This document shows positions 24,312 to 38,376 of a stretch of 64,000 nucleotides of DNA, one piece after another. The DNA lies in NCBI GenBank assembly GCA_963802965.1, contig CAWDKS010000003.1, positions 202,819 to 266,818 on the forward strand, written 5' to 3'. The position numbers and the translations under genes are program-made. The DNA comes from an uncultured Verrucomicrobiae bacterium (GTDB taxonomy: Bacteria > Verrucomicrobiota > Verrucomicrobiia > Limisphaerales > UBA11358). Position 1 is the stretch's first letter; each line of letters starts with the position of its first letter. The notes beneath the pieces are model-generated. The model did no database searches. It was not told the DNA's origin and saw only the letters and a program-made list of their open reading frames with translations.

Positions 24312-25676
24312 CTATACGTCATTCACGATGTAAACCCGCCGTTTTTTGAGATGTTTCAGGATCATCTCCGTGGTGCGGTCGATTGCGCCGAGGTTTTCGT
24401 GAACGACCCGGAGCGCGTTGCGGCCCAATTCCGCGCGGCGCTTTTCGTCGGCGAGCAGTTCGGCGACGGCCTTCTCCAGCGTTTCCGGATCCGGCACCTG
24501 GATCGCCGCGTTTTGCGCCACAAAATTCCGCGCAATGTCGGCGAAGTTCTGCATGTTCGGTCCGAAAATCATCGCCTTGCCCTGCGCGCCCGGCTCGATC
24601 GGGTTCTGTCCGCCCGTGGCGGCCAGGCTTTTGCCGACGAAGACCACCGTGGCCGTCCGGTAAAAAAGCCGCAGTTCGCCGGTCGTGTTGACGAGCAGGC
24701 AATCCACCTCGCCCTCGCCAAATTGCGTGGTCGGGGCGATTTCGTTGCGACCAACAAACTTCGCGCCGCGCTCGCGCAATTGCCGCCCGACGTCGCGGCA
24801 GCGCTCGAAGTGCCGAGGCACCAGAATCAGAAACAGTTTCGGGAACCGCGCGCGCAGCCGCCCGGCGATTTCCGCCAAAATCATTTCCTCGCCGTCGTGC
24901 GTGCTGCCCCCGATCAAAACCGGGGCGTCCGGCGCCACGCCGAGCTGCCGCAACAGCGCCGGCGCGTCCAGCCTGCGGGGTTCATCCAGTTGCGCCGCGT
25001 CAAATTTCAGGTTGCCCACGATGTGAATCGTTTCCGGGCGGCAGCCGCACGCGCGCAACCGCGCGGCGTCCTCCTCGTTTTGCGCGCCGACGCCGGCGAA
25101 CGAGGCGAAAAGCGGCCGGAACAGGAATCCAAAACGTTTGTAGCCGCGGAACGAGCGGTCGGACAACCGCGCGTTGGCCAGAAACACGGGGATGCCGAGC
25201 TGTTGGGCGCGCCAGATGAAGTTCGGCCAGATTTCGGCCTCCACGAGGATGACGGTTTCGGGCTTGATGGTCCCCAGCGCGCGGGCGACATAGTTCCGCC
25301 GGTCAATGGGATAGTAAATTTTGCTGATGTGCGGGGGCAAATGGCGGCGCAATTCGGCCATGCCGGTGGTCGTGGTGGTGGACACAACGATTTTAATGTT
25401 GGGCAGGCGCGGTTCCAGCGCGCGGATGAGTTGCGTGCAGAGATTGACTTCGCCGACGCTGACGGCATGGAGCCAGAGGACATGGCGGTTCGTCAGCGCC
25501 TGCATGAGATTCGCGTCGAAGCGGCCGAAGCGCTGGAAAAAGCCGGGCAGCCAGTTGCCCCGCCGCCACATCCGCACAAAGTAATACGGCGACGACAGCA
25601 CGAAAAAAATCGTGAACAAAATATTGTAAAAAGTGCGCACTCCGATGTTCCAACCGAAAACAGCCAAGTCTCCCAT
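24312..25676 (-). CDS. waaA: 3-deoxy-D-manno-octulosonic acid (Kdo) transferase
   Basis: N-terminal anchor, then LWLHAVSVGEV and a GT-B C-terminal half typical of WaaA/KdtA. The ORF track extends to GTG 25691. Confidence 0.85.
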   Translation of the reverse strand: MGDLAVFGWNIGVRTFYNILFTIFFVLSSPYYFVRMWRRGNWLPGFFQRFGRFDANLMQALTNRHVLWLHAVSVGEVNLCTQLIRALEPRLPNIKIVVSTTTTTGMAELRRHLPPHISKIYYPIDRRNYVARALGTIKPETVILVEAEIWPNFIWRAQQLGIPVFLANARLSDRSFRGYKRFGFLFRPLFASFAGVGAQNEEDAARLRACGCRPETIHIVGNLKFDAAQLDEPRRLDAPALLRQLGVAPDAPVLIGGSTHDGEEMILAEIAGRLRARFPKLFLILVPRHFERCRDVGRQLRERGAKFVGRNEIAPTTQFGEGEVDCLLVNTTGELRLFYRTATVVFVGKSLAATGGQNPIEPGAQGKAMIFGPNMQNFADIARNFVAQNAAIQVPDPETLEKAVAELLADEKRRAELGRNALRVVHENLGAIDRTTEMILKHLKKRRVYIVNDV

Positions 25677-25723
25677 AAAGAGACGCCGCACGCAAAAAAA
25701 TGTTTCAAGTTTGTAATTTTTTT

Positions 25724-26980
25724 TCAGCCGCGAAAGAAAAGCAGCCAGACCGCCAGCAATACCGGCAGCAGGCAGGGCAGCGTGAATTTGAAGACGAACT
25801 CCAGGAATGACGGCGCGCGGATTTTCCGCTGGTCGGCGATGGCCTTGACCATGAAATTCGGGCCGTTGCCGATATACGTGGCCGCGCCAAAGAACACCGC
25901 GCCGATGCTGATGGCGAGCAGGCCCGCCGGGTTTTGGCGCAGCAGCTCGGGGATTGCCTTCGCGCCGGTCACGCCGAAAAGCGCGTTCAGAAAACCAAGA
26001 TACGTCGGCGCGTTGTCGAGCGCGCTGGACAAAATGCCCGTGCCCCAGAAAAAAATCCCGGGCGAGGGCTGGTCGCCGAGCAACGAACGGGCGTTGAGGT
26101 TGAGCCAGTCCAGCGCGGGCATCATCGTGGCAAAAATGCCGGCGAACAGGACGGCGACCTCCCGGACCGGCTGAAAATCAAAGTCGTTCGCCGCGTGAAC
26201 GGACGGGGGGGTGGTGAACCAGGAGCCGAGCGCGGCGGCGAGCATCAATGCCTCGCGGAGAAAAATCGGGCGGTTCACGAAAACCGCGCCGAGAATGACC
26301 GCGAGAAAGAACAGGTTCGGCAGGCCGTCGCAGCGCCATGTTTCCTGCGCGGTTTCCGGTTCGCGCCCGGCGCGCGATGCGCGGAGGAAATCAGCGCGGT
26401 CCACGGCATAAAAAATCGCCAGCAGCAGGCCGACGGCCGTCGCCCACATCGGCCAGCAATTTTTGGCAATCCACCAAAACGGCACGCCCTGCAAATAGCC
26501 GAGAAACAGCGGCGGGTCGCCAATGGGCGTCAGGCAGCCGCCAATGTTCGCCACAATGAAAATGAAAAAGACGATGTGATGCGCCGTGACGCGGTGTCGG
26601 TTCATCTGGATCCACGGACGGATCAGCAGCATGGCCGCGCCGGTGGTGCCCAGGACATTGGCGACGATGGCGCCGACGAACAGAAAAATGACGTTGGCCA
26701 GCGGCGTGGCCCCGCTCTTGACGCCAATATGGATGCCGCCGGAAACGACGAAGAGCGAGCCGATGAGCGCGATGAAGCCGGCGTAATCGCGCCCCGTGTG
26801 CAGCACGCGCGGCGCGTCCCGCAAAACGAACAGGTAATAACCGAGCGTGACCGCGCCGAGGCCGATGGCGACCCGCGCGTGGTGGCGCCGCCACCATTGG
26901 GGCGCGCGCAACGGCGCGAACGCCATCGCGCCGAGCAGCAGCGCGAACGGCAGAATCATCCACGGATTGGGCGCGGCCAT
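25724..26980 (-). CDS. ArsB/NhaD-superfamily permease (putative Na+/H+ antiporter)
   Basis: Polytopic membrane protein (MAAPNPWMILPFALLLGAMAF... from ATG 26980) with CitMHS/NhaD-like repeats (IGGCLTPIGDPPLFLGY). Confidence 0.6.
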   Translation of the reverse strand: MAAPNPWMILPFALLLGAMAFAPLRAPQWWRRHHARVAIGLGAVTLGYYLFVLRDAPRVLHTGRDYAGFIALIGSLFVVSGGIHIGVKSGATPLANVIFLFVGAIVANVLGTTGAAMLLIRPWIQMNRHRVTAHHIVFFIFIVANIGGCLTPIGDPPLFLGYLQGVPFWWIAKNCWPMWATAVGLLLAIFYAVDRADFLRASRAGREPETAQETWRCDGLPNLFFLAVILGAVFVNRPIFLREALMLAAALGSWFTTPPSVHAANDFDFQPVREVAVLFAGIFATMMPALDWLNLNARSLLGDQPSPGIFFWGTGILSSALDNAPTYLGFLNALFGVTGAKAIPELLRQNPAGLLAISIGAVFFGAATYIGNGPNFMVKAIADQRKIRAPSFLEFVFKFTLPCLLPVLLAVWLLFFRG

Positions 26981-27129
26981 TCGCCCGCAGGTTGCGCGGG
27001 CGGAAGAAACCGGGTCAAACACAAACGCCAAAAATTTGAGTTGAATTCGGGCGGGTGCTTCGTGAGACTACGCGCTGCTTGTGGAGTTTCATCTGGATAA
27101 CAAGATAATCAGTCACTGAATTTATTTTT

Positions 27130-28086
27130 ATGAAAAAATTCACATTGAAGGTTGCCGGTCTGGTCGTGTTGCTTTTGGTGGCGCAAAATCTGGTGGCGGG
27201 CGAAGACGAACCGCGCCGCCCGTTCGCCGAGTGGGCGGACGTGCCGCTGCCGGGACAGTTGATTTTTGGCACGCTCTACGAACAATCCGAAGCCTACCAC
27301 ATTTGGGAAATGGGAAACAACCGGATGCCGGTCAACACTCGCGTTGGCGGCGAAAATTACGGCATTGACGTGCGGCAGGGGTATTTCACGTTTGATTACG
27401 GCATCACTGAAAAATGGGCGGCAGACCTGAACATTGGCGCCACCACGGTGGGGTGGCGCGCGTTCGACAGCGGAGGCATAGGAAAAACCACCGGCCTCAT
27501 GGACTCAACCTTCGGTGTTCGGTATCAAATTTTCAACGAGACGAACAATAACACCGGCTGTCCGTGGCTGCCCACCTTGACTTTCCGCGCGGGTGCCATC
27601 GTCCCGGGTATCTATGACCGGTCGGTTGCGTTTGCTCCCGGCAATCATGGCGTGGCGATTGAACCATCAATTCTCCTTCGCGAACACATCGGCTGGCCGG
27701 GCTTCGGCGTGTGGGGTGATTTGCTCTACCGCTGGGAACATACCATCGGCGCCGACCAATACATCGCGGCGGCGGGCTTCTTCCAGCAAATCAAACGCTG
27801 GGAACTGGATGCGGGTTACCGGCATTTGCAGACGCTGTCCGGCGAAGACATCGTCTTGGGTCCACCTACGCAAGGACAATCCAGCACTTACCAGAGCATT
27901 ATTTATCCAATCGACGTGCGGGAAATCAGCGACTCGATTGATGCCGGCTTCAGCTACACCACTTCCAAGCGGCACTGGAAGTATGGATTTCATTGTCGCA
28001 AAACCTTCGACGGCAGCAACACGGACTCGGCGTTCTGGCTGGGGGCTTCCCTCGATATTCCGCTCGATTTGTTCACATCGAAATGA
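27130..28086 (+). CDS. hypothetical secreted/outer-membrane beta-barrel-like protein
   Basis: Signal peptide MKKFTLKVAGLVVLLLVAQNLVAG and alternating beta-strand-like composition. No family was recognised. Confidence 0.5.
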   Translation: MKKFTLKVAGLVVLLLVAQNLVAGEDEPRRPFAEWADVPLPGQLIFGTLYEQSEAYHIWEMGNNRMPVNTRVGGENYGIDVRQGYFTFDYGITEKWAADLNIGATTVGWRAFDSGGIGKTTGLMDSTFGVRYQIFNETNNNTGCPWLPTLTFRAGAIVPGIYDRSVAFAPGNHGVAIEPSILLREHIGWPGFGVWGDLLYRWEHTIGADQYIAAAGFFQQIKRWELDAGYRHLQTLSGEDIVLGPPTQGQSSTYQSIIYPIDVREISDSIDAGFSYTTSKRHWKYGFHCRKTFDGSNTDSAFWLGASLDIPLDLFTSK

Positions 28087-28150
28087 CCCGAACCATTGCG
28101 TCCGGCAAATCCGCTTGTTTCCCGCCGGCTGATTTGTTCAATTGCCGCGC

Positions 28151-29785
28151 ATGACGCCGCCCACTGTCGCGCCGACCGCGCCAGCCAGATTTTTTCAGCG
28201 GCATTGGACGTGGTGGTTCATGGTGGCGACACTCGTCACCATTGCCGCCGTCCGGTTGCGGCTTCTGAACCTTCCACTCGAACGCGACGAGGGCGAATAC
28301 GCCTATGCCGGACAACTCATGCTGCAAGGCATCCCGCCCTACCAACTCGCCTACAACCTGAAATTCCCCGGAACCTATGCCGCCTACGCGGTCATCATGG
28401 CGTTGTTCGGCGAGACGCCCGCCGGCATCCATTTCGGCGTGTTGTGCCTGACCACGATGACGGCGCTGATGCTGTTCTGGCTTGGCAAAAAAATGCTCGA
28501 TTCCACGGCGGGAATCGTCGCCGCCAGCGCCTATGCCGTGCTGGCGGCCAGCCCTTCGATGCTCGGCCTGGCCGGGCACGCCACGCATTTCTGCGCGTTT
28601 TTTGCCACGGCCGGTTTGTGCGCGCTGTGGCAGGCGCGGCAAAATCACAACGGGCTGGTCATCCTGGCCGCCGGACTCCTTTTTGGCGCGGCGCTTTTGA
28701 TGAAACAACCGGCCGCGCTGATTGCATTATGGGCGTCGCTGGCATGGGCGGCCTGGTGTTATCGAAAAACTGAACTCTCCCCGGGCAAGCGGCTGATGGC
28801 TTTGGCGGTTTTTGGTTTGGGTATCGTTCTGCCATTCGGCTTGTGTTGCCTGATTTTGTGGCGCGCGGGCGTATTCGGAACCTTCTGGTTTTGGACGGTT
28901 GAATACGCCTGGCAATACGCCTCGGTGGTGACATCGAGCGACGCGGCCCAATTCTTCTGGGGTGGTTTTCGGAGGATGGTGGCGCCGGGATTTTTGCTGT
29001 GGCTCATGGCCGGTGCGGGATTGATCCTGCTTTGGCTCGACCAACGGCTGAAACCGGCGCGCGGATGGTTCCTGGGATTCTGCGTTGCGTCCGCGCTGGC
29101 GATTTGCCCCGATTTTTATTTTCGGAAACATTATTATTTGATCGCGCTGCCCGCAGTGGCGTTGCTGGGGGGTGTCGCCGTGAGCGCGACGGGCCGCCGG
29201 TGGGCGCACGGGAACGGGATTTTCCGGTCGAGCGGCTGGCCGGTATGGATTTGCGTTGTGGCGGTTGCGGTCACGATGGCGGCCAACCGCGAAATTTGGT
29301 TCCGGCTGCCGCCGGTCCTGGTCACCCGCGCGATCTACGGTCCGGACGCGTTTCCCGAAGCGGAGGTCGTCGCCGCGTACCTTCGGGAACAATCGCCGCC
29401 GGCTTCGCGCGTGGCGGTGCTTGGCTCGGAACCGGAAATTTATTTTCTCGCCCGCCGCTATTCAGCCACCGGCTACATTTACACCTACAGCTTGATGGAA
29501 CCGCAGCCGTTCGCCCGGCGGATGCAGGACGAAATGATTCGCGAAATCGAAACCAACGCGCCGGAATTTGTTGTTTTCGCCGACAACTATCTGTCGTGGG
29601 CGCGCGAGGAGAAATCCGACCCGGAAATTTTCGATTGGTGGGCGTCCTATCAGACCAACTACACGCTCGTCGGACTGGCTGACGTGATATCATCCACCGA
29701 GACCCGCTATGCCTTGGGCGCGGAAGCGGCGGCACGCTACGGGAAACTCCGCACCGGTGGCCTGGAAGTATTTCAGCGCAAATGA
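28151..29785 (+). CDS. GT-C fold membrane glycosyltransferase (ArnT/PMT, family 39-like)
   Basis: The LPLERDEGEYAYAGQLML loop follows TM1, then about 10 TM segments and a soluble C-terminal domain. The ORF track starts at TTG 28142. Confidence 0.65.
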   Translation: MTPPTVAPTAPARFFQRHWTWWFMVATLVTIAAVRLRLLNLPLERDEGEYAYAGQLMLQGIPPYQLAYNLKFPGTYAAYAVIMALFGETPAGIHFGVLCLTTMTALMLFWLGKKMLDSTAGIVAASAYAVLAASPSMLGLAGHATHFCAFFATAGLCALWQARQNHNGLVILAAGLLFGAALLMKQPAALIALWASLAWAAWCYRKTELSPGKRLMALAVFGLGIVLPFGLCCLILWRAGVFGTFWFWTVEYAWQYASVVTSSDAAQFFWGGFRRMVAPGFLLWLMAGAGLILLWLDQRLKPARGWFLGFCVASALAICPDFYFRKHYYLIALPAVALLGGVAVSATGRRWAHGNGIFRSSGWPVWICVVAVAVTMAANREIWFRLPPVLVTRAIYGPDAFPEAEVVAAYLREQSPPASRVAVLGSEPEIYFLARRYSATGYIYTYSLMEPQPFARRMQDEMIREIETNAPEFVVFADNYLSWAREEKSDPEIFDWWASYQTNYTLVGLADVISSTETRYALGAEAAARYGKLRTGGLEVFQRK

Positions 29786-29789
29786 TTCC

Positions 29790-31442
29790 ATGACGGCGCC
29801 TCCCGAAAAAAGCATTTTCCGCCAGACCACCTGGCTCGCGGCGATTTTGATGACCCTCGCCGCCGTCTGGCTGCATTTCATTTTTTTAACACATGCCGGC
29901 GGTTTCTGGCGCGACGAAGTGCAGGTCATCAATCTCGCCGGTCGTCATGCTGTAAGTGACATGGCCAGGGATTCATTTCCCGCGCTGATGCCGTTGCTGA
30001 TTTGCGGCTGGTCGGCCCTCGACCTCGGCCAGAATGATTTTAACCTGCGACTTTTGGGAGTTTTGATCGGCTTGGGAATCCCCGCCGCGCTTTGGTTCGC
30101 GGCATGGACGGCGCGACGTTCGCCGCCGCTGCTGGGCCTCGCCCTGTTCGCGTTGAACACCATCATCATTTTTTACGGCGATTCAATGCGGGCCTATGGC
30201 CTGGGGAGCGCGCTGATCGCGCTGACCGCGGGAACCATGTGGGCGTTTCTGAAAAAACCTTCCTGGCCGCGGGCGGCCTTTCTGGCGGCGGCGGCGATTT
30301 TGAGCGTGCAGGCGCTTTACCAAAACGCGGTGCTCTTCGCCGCCATCTGTTTCGGCGCGTGGGTGGTTTGCGGGCGGCGGAAAAATTTTCGCGCCGCCGT
30401 GAAGATTTTTCTGGCGGGACTGGCCGCTGCCGTGTCGTTGTTGCCGTATTGGAAAATTGTGGCAGGGATGCCGGCCGCCGCCGCGCCGCTGCGATTGGGT
30501 TTCATATCCGCGGTGGTGTTCACCAATCTCGGCAGCGCGGTGGCATTTCCGCTGCCGCAATTTGTTTATGTCTGGCTGTTGCTCGCGCTGGCCGTCGTTG
30601 GCTTCGGCAGCGTGGCCGCCTTGCGCGCAGGCGGGGCAAAATCCGCCGTGCCGGCGGCTGAAACTTCGGCGGACGATTTGCCTCTCTTCGCCGCCGTGAC
30701 CCTGCTGGCGGGCTTTGCCGGTTTCATTGGTTTGCTGTGGTTCTCGGCGCTGCCGACGCAACCATGGTATTTTTTGCCGCTGATAACCCTGGTGGCGGTG
30801 TGTTTTGAACTCGGACTGCCGCCGGTGCGGCGGCAATTTCGGGCCGCGTTTTTCGGATGTGTCGTCGCCACGGCGCTGATTGCCGTCCCCTTCGCGCGGC
30901 GCGATTTGAACTACCGCTTCACCAACGCAGACCGGTTGGCGCCGTGGCTGGCGGCGGAAGCGGCGCCGGACGATTTGATCATTGTCACGCCCTGGTCTTA
31001 CGGCATCAGCTTCGAGCGCTATTTCAAAGGATCAACCCCCTGGACGACGCTGCCGCCGCTGGCGGATCATTCCACGCACCGTTTTGATCTGGTCAAAGCG
31101 CAGATGGAAAACACGAACGCGATTCAGCCGGTGTTGGATCGGGCCGCCGCAACGCTTCAGGCGGGGCACCGCGTGTGGGTGGTTGGCTGGATGTCCCCGC
31201 CGGCGTCCAACAGCCCGCCGCCGGTGCCGCTGCCGCCACCGCCGTTGAAATTCACCGGCTGGCTGGACTCGCCCTATTCCATGGCTTGGGCGGCCCAAAC
31301 GGCGTGGTTCCTCAACCACCACAGTCTTCAGTTTGAGCGTGTGGACCGCGATCCCAACCTTGAAATGGAATTTTACGAGGCCATGCAATTGTTCGAGGCT
31401 GGCGGCTGGAGGGATTCCGCTTCAAAGACAAACCAGCCCTGA
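29790..31442 (+). CDS. polytopic membrane protein, GT-C glycosyltransferase-like
   Basis: ATG at 29790 (MTAPPEKSIF...). The FWRDEVQVINLA loop follows TM1, then multiple TM helices and a C-terminal soluble domain. Its architecture parallels the upstream gene. Confidence 0.45.
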   Translation: MTAPPEKSIFRQTTWLAAILMTLAAVWLHFIFLTHAGGFWRDEVQVINLAGRHAVSDMARDSFPALMPLLICGWSALDLGQNDFNLRLLGVLIGLGIPAALWFAAWTARRSPPLLGLALFALNTIIIFYGDSMRAYGLGSALIALTAGTMWAFLKKPSWPRAAFLAAAAILSVQALYQNAVLFAAICFGAWVVCGRRKNFRAAVKIFLAGLAAAVSLLPYWKIVAGMPAAAAPLRLGFISAVVFTNLGSAVAFPLPQFVYVWLLLALAVVGFGSVAALRAGGAKSAVPAAETSADDLPLFAAVTLLAGFAGFIGLLWFSALPTQPWYFLPLITLVAVCFELGLPPVRRQFRAAFFGCVVATALIAVPFARRDLNYRFTNADRLAPWLAAEAAPDDLIIVTPWSYGISFERYFKGSTPWTTLPPLADHSTHRFDLVKAQMENTNAIQPVLDRAAATLQAGHRVWVVGWMSPPASNSPPPVPLPPPPLKFTGWLDSPYSMAWAAQTAWFLNHHSLQFERVDRDPNLEMEFYEAMQLFEAGGWRDSASKTNQP

Positions 31443-31498
31443 TATTTCCGGCGTCCCCGGCTTGACGCCGCCATTCATCGCTGCGAACTTCATTCTGC

Positions 31499-35128
<3,630 letters not shown>

Positions 35129-35220
35129 ACGAATTCTACTGGCGTGGTCTCAAAATTTGTCAGCCTTTCATATCGTCGAAAAAACTCGCCGCTCCTCGTT
35201 TTCCAATTCATTTTATCCGC

Positions 35221-36309
35221 GTGCATCTGGCTCATTTGCGGCTGCGGGATTTTCGCAATTTTGCCCGGCTGGACGCGGATTTCGCGCCCGGCTTCCATCT
35301 GCTTTTGGGCGACAACGCGCAGGGCAAGACGAACATCCTCGAAGCCATCTATCTCATGGCCACGCTGCGGTCGTTCCGCGGCGTCGGCGGCGCGCAGATG
35401 ATCCGGCACGGCGCGAAGGGTTATTTCGCCGGCGGCAGCGTGGTGGGGCAGGGCGGCCACGAAATCAAAATCTACTGGTCGGCGCGCGAACGCAAACTGG
35501 CGCTGGACGGACAGCCGGTTAAACGCCTCGGCGATTATCTCGGCGTGTTGCGCACGGTGGTCTTTTGCACGGAGGATTTGCATCTGGTCAAGGGCACGGC
35601 ACGCGCTCGCCGGCGGTTTTTGGATCTGCTGCTGGCACAGACACGGCCCGGCTATCTGCCGCTGCTTCAGCGTTACATGCGCACCATCCGCGCCCGCAAT
35701 GCGCTGCTCAAACAACGCGCGATGGACGAGGCCGCGCTGGACAGTTTTTCGCAGGAACTCGTCAAGCTCGGCGACGAAATCATCCGCGCGCGCCGCGAGC
35801 TGGCGCCGAAATTCTCTCCATTGGCACGGCTGGCGTATCGCCGCATCTCGAACGAAGCGGAGGAATTACGGATCGAATATCAGCCGGGCGTGAAAAAGGA
35901 TTTCGCCGTGGAACTGGCGCAATCGCGTTCGCGTGAACGGACCTATCGCTCCACGCTCGTCGGCCCGCACCGGGACGATTTGCAATTGCTGCTCAACGAA
36001 AAATCCGCCGCGCATTTCGGCAGCGAGGGCCAGAAGCGCACGCTGGCCATCGCATTGAAGATGGCGCAGGCGGAATTTCTCACCGGCATCCACGGTTCGC
36101 CGCCGATTCTGCTGATTGACGACGTGATGGGCGAACTGGACGTGAAGCGCCGCAGCGGTTTTTTGCCGTTGCTGGATTACGCGCGCAAAAGCAGCGGACA
36201 GGTATTCATGACCGCCACCGAGGAAAACTGGCCGAGCGAACTCGGAAAAGATTTGCAGCGGTGGGAAGTTGTGAACGGAGCGTTGAAGCGTGATTTGTTG
36301 AAGCGTTGA
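35221..36309 (+). CDS. recF: DNA replication/repair protein RecF
   Basis: Probable GTG start at 35221 (VHLAHLRLRDFRNF); the ORF track starts at 35125. Walker A LLLGDNAQGKTNILEAIY, signature GSEGQKRTLAIALKMAQ, Walker B LLIDDVMGELD. Confidence 0.88.
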   Translation: MHLAHLRLRDFRNFARLDADFAPGFHLLLGDNAQGKTNILEAIYLMATLRSFRGVGGAQMIRHGAKGYFAGGSVVGQGGHEIKIYWSARERKLALDGQPVKRLGDYLGVLRTVVFCTEDLHLVKGTARARRRFLDLLLAQTRPGYLPLLQRYMRTIRARNALLKQRAMDEAALDSFSQELVKLGDEIIRARRELAPKFSPLARLAYRRISNEAEELRIEYQPGVKKDFAVELAQSRSRERTYRSTLVGPHRDDLQLLLNEKSAAHFGSEGQKRTLAIALKMAQAEFLTGIHGSPPILLIDDVMGELDVKRRSGFLPLLDYARKSSGQVFMTATEENWPSELGKDLQRWEVVNGALKRDLLKR

Positions 36310-36362
36310 AGCGGCTTGCTCGTTCCGCGCTTTAACGCTTTAACGCTTCAACGCTTTAACTT
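36282..36362. repeat. inverted repeat with 8-nt units (TTGAAGCG / CGCTTTAA) spanning the recF stop
   Basis: gttgaagcg tgatttg ttgaagcg ttgaagcg (36282-36312) faces cgctttaa cgctttaa cgcttcaa cgctttaa c (36328-36360). The recF stop (36307-36309) lies in the left arm. Confidence 0.8.
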
Positions 36363-36373
36363 AATTTGTCGCC

Positions 36374-37339
36374 ATGCGAATTTTGTCAGGCATCCAGCCG
36401 AGCGGCGCGCTGCATCTCGGAAATTATTTCGGGATGATGCGGCCCGCCCTCGAACTGCAGGAAAATGGCGAGGCGTTTTATTTCATCGCGAATTATCATT
36501 CGATGACGTCCCTGTTCGACGCGAACGAACGGCGCAAAAACACTTTGGACGTGGCGCTGGATTTTCTCGCGTGCGGCCTTGACCCAAAAAAAACGGTTTT
36601 CTTCCGCCAATCCGACGTGCCGGAAGTGACCGAGTTGACCTGGCTGCTTTCCACAGTCACGCCGATGGGCCTGCTCGAACGCGCGCACAGCTACAAAGAC
36701 AAGGTCGCCAAAGGCATTGCGCCAAGCCACGGCCTGTTCGCCTATCCGGTGCTCATGGCGGCGGACATTCTGATTTACGACTCGAACGTGGTGCCGGTCG
36801 GGCGCGACCAGAAGCAGCACGTCGAAATGACGCGCGACATCGCCATCAAGTTCAACGAGCAATACGGCCAGACCTTTGTGATTCCCGAACCGCAAATCCG
36901 CGACGAGGTCGCCGTGGTGCCCGGCACGGACGGCCAGAAGATGAGCAAGAGCTACGGCAACACGATTGAGATTTTTGGCGACGAAAAGGCATTGCGGAAA
37001 AAAATCATGGGCATCGTCATGGACAGCCGCACGCCGCAGGAACCCAAGCCCGACGCCGGCCAGAATCTCGCCATCCAACTTTTGAAACTCGTTGCGCCAG
37101 TGGAAGTTGGAAAAGATTTTGAAAACCGTCTGCGCGCCGGCGGCCTGGGCTACGGCGATTTGAAAAAGGCGCTGTTCGAACACTACTGGAATTATTTCGC
37201 CGATGCCCGCAAGAAGCGCGCGGAACTGGTGGCAAATCCAGATTACGTGCAGAAAGTTTTAAGCGACGGTGCAACGAAAGCGCGAACGCTGGCGCAAAAA
37301 GTTTTGAAGCGAGCGCGCAGGGCGAGCGGGCTGGAATAA
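36374..37339 (+). CDS. trpS: tryptophan--tRNA ligase
   Basis: GIQPSGALHLGNYFG (HIGH region) and QKMSKSYG (KMSKS). Confidence 0.93.
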   Translation: MRILSGIQPSGALHLGNYFGMMRPALELQENGEAFYFIANYHSMTSLFDANERRKNTLDVALDFLACGLDPKKTVFFRQSDVPEVTELTWLLSTVTPMGLLERAHSYKDKVAKGIAPSHGLFAYPVLMAADILIYDSNVVPVGRDQKQHVEMTRDIAIKFNEQYGQTFVIPEPQIRDEVAVVPGTDGQKMSKSYGNTIEIFGDEKALRKKIMGIVMDSRTPQEPKPDAGQNLAIQLLKLVAPVEVGKDFENRLRAGGLGYGDLKKALFEHYWNYFADARKKRAELVANPDYVQKVLSDGATKARTLAQKVLKRARRASGLE

Positions 37340-37348
37340 ATTCCCTTT

Positions 37349-37408
37349 GTAGGAGACGAGGTAACGAGGCTCAATTTTTGATCAGAGACTCCTCACGTCG
37401 TCTCCTAC
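37349..37408. repeat. palindromic element, TGTAG family, between convergent trpS and kpsF
   Basis: The arms are GTAGGAGACGAGGTAACGAGGCTC (37349-37372) and GAGACTCCTCACGTCGTCTCCTAC (37385-37408). The kpsF stop codon (37405-37407) lies in the right arm. Confidence 0.85.
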
Positions 37409-38376
37409 ATTATTTTCAGCTTCGGCAAATCCTGCGAATCCACCAGGCCGACCGGCTCGCGCTTCGCGTTCACGACGATCAAATCGTCAATGTTCCGCTC
37501 GTTGAAAATTTTCAAGGCTTCAACCGCCAAAGCCTCGTGACCAATGCAAATCGGATGGCGCGTCATCACCTTTTTCAACGGCCGGGCCAGCAGATTTTCG
37601 TCCGTGGCCATGCACCGGCGGAAATCGCCGTCGGTGAAAACGCCCACGAGTTTGCCGCGCGCATTGACGACGCTCAGGCTGCCGGACCTGGCCTGCGTCA
37701 TCACCAGCAACGCCTCCCTGACCGGCAGGTTTTCGCCCGCAACCGCGTTGCGTTCGCCGGCGCGCATGATGTCGCCCACGCGCAACAGCATCGCGCGGCC
37801 AATCGCGCCGGAGGGATGAAATCGCGCGTAATCCTTCTGCTTGAATCCGCGCGCCTGCAACACCGCCATCGCCAGCGCGTCGCCCATCACGAGCATGGCC
37901 GTCGTGCTGCTCGTCGGCGCGAGATTGAACGGACAGGCTTCCTTCGGAACTTTGACGTTCAGGGAAACGTCGCTGTGTTTGGCGAGCGATGATTTCAAAT
38001 TGCCGGTGAGTGAAATGATTTTGACGGAAAATCTCTTGAGCGCGGGCAGCAGGTTGAGCAATTCCTCCGACTCGCCGGAGTAGCTCAACGCCAGGACCAC
38101 ATCGCCGTCGGCGATGATGCCGAGGTCGCCGTGCAAGGCGTCCACGCTGTTGAGCACGACGCTGGGCGCGCCGGTGCTCGTCAAGGTCGCGGAAATTTTC
38201 TGTCCGACGTTTCCCGATTTGCCGATGCCGACCACGACGATTTTCCCGCGTTGCCGCAGCGCCTCCACCATCAGCTCAACCGAGAGGTCAAAGGTTTTGC
38301 CCAACTGCGCGCGCACGGCCTTCAACGCGGCGAGTTCGATGTCGAACACTTTGCGGGCTTGGTCAAGATGGCTCAC
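37405..38376 (-). CDS. kpsF: arabinose-5-phosphate isomerase (KpsF/GutQ family)
   Basis: SIS domain VVVGIGKSGNVGQKISATLTSTG plus two C-terminal CBS domains. The start codon is GTG. Confidence 0.9.
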   Translation of the reverse strand: MSHLDQARKVFDIELAALKAVRAQLGKTFDLSVELMVEALRQRGKIVVVGIGKSGNVGQKISATLTSTGAPSVVLNSVDALHGDLGIIADGDVVLALSYSGESEELLNLLPALKRFSVKIISLTGNLKSSLAKHSDVSLNVKVPKEACPFNLAPTSSTTAMLVMGDALAMAVLQARGFKQKDYARFHPSGAIGRAMLLRVGDIMRAGERNAVAGENLPVREALLVMTQARSGSLSVVNARGKLVGVFTDGDFRRCMATDENLLARPLKKVMTRHPICIGHEALAVEALKIFNERNIDDLIVVNAKREPVGLVDSQDLPKLKIM

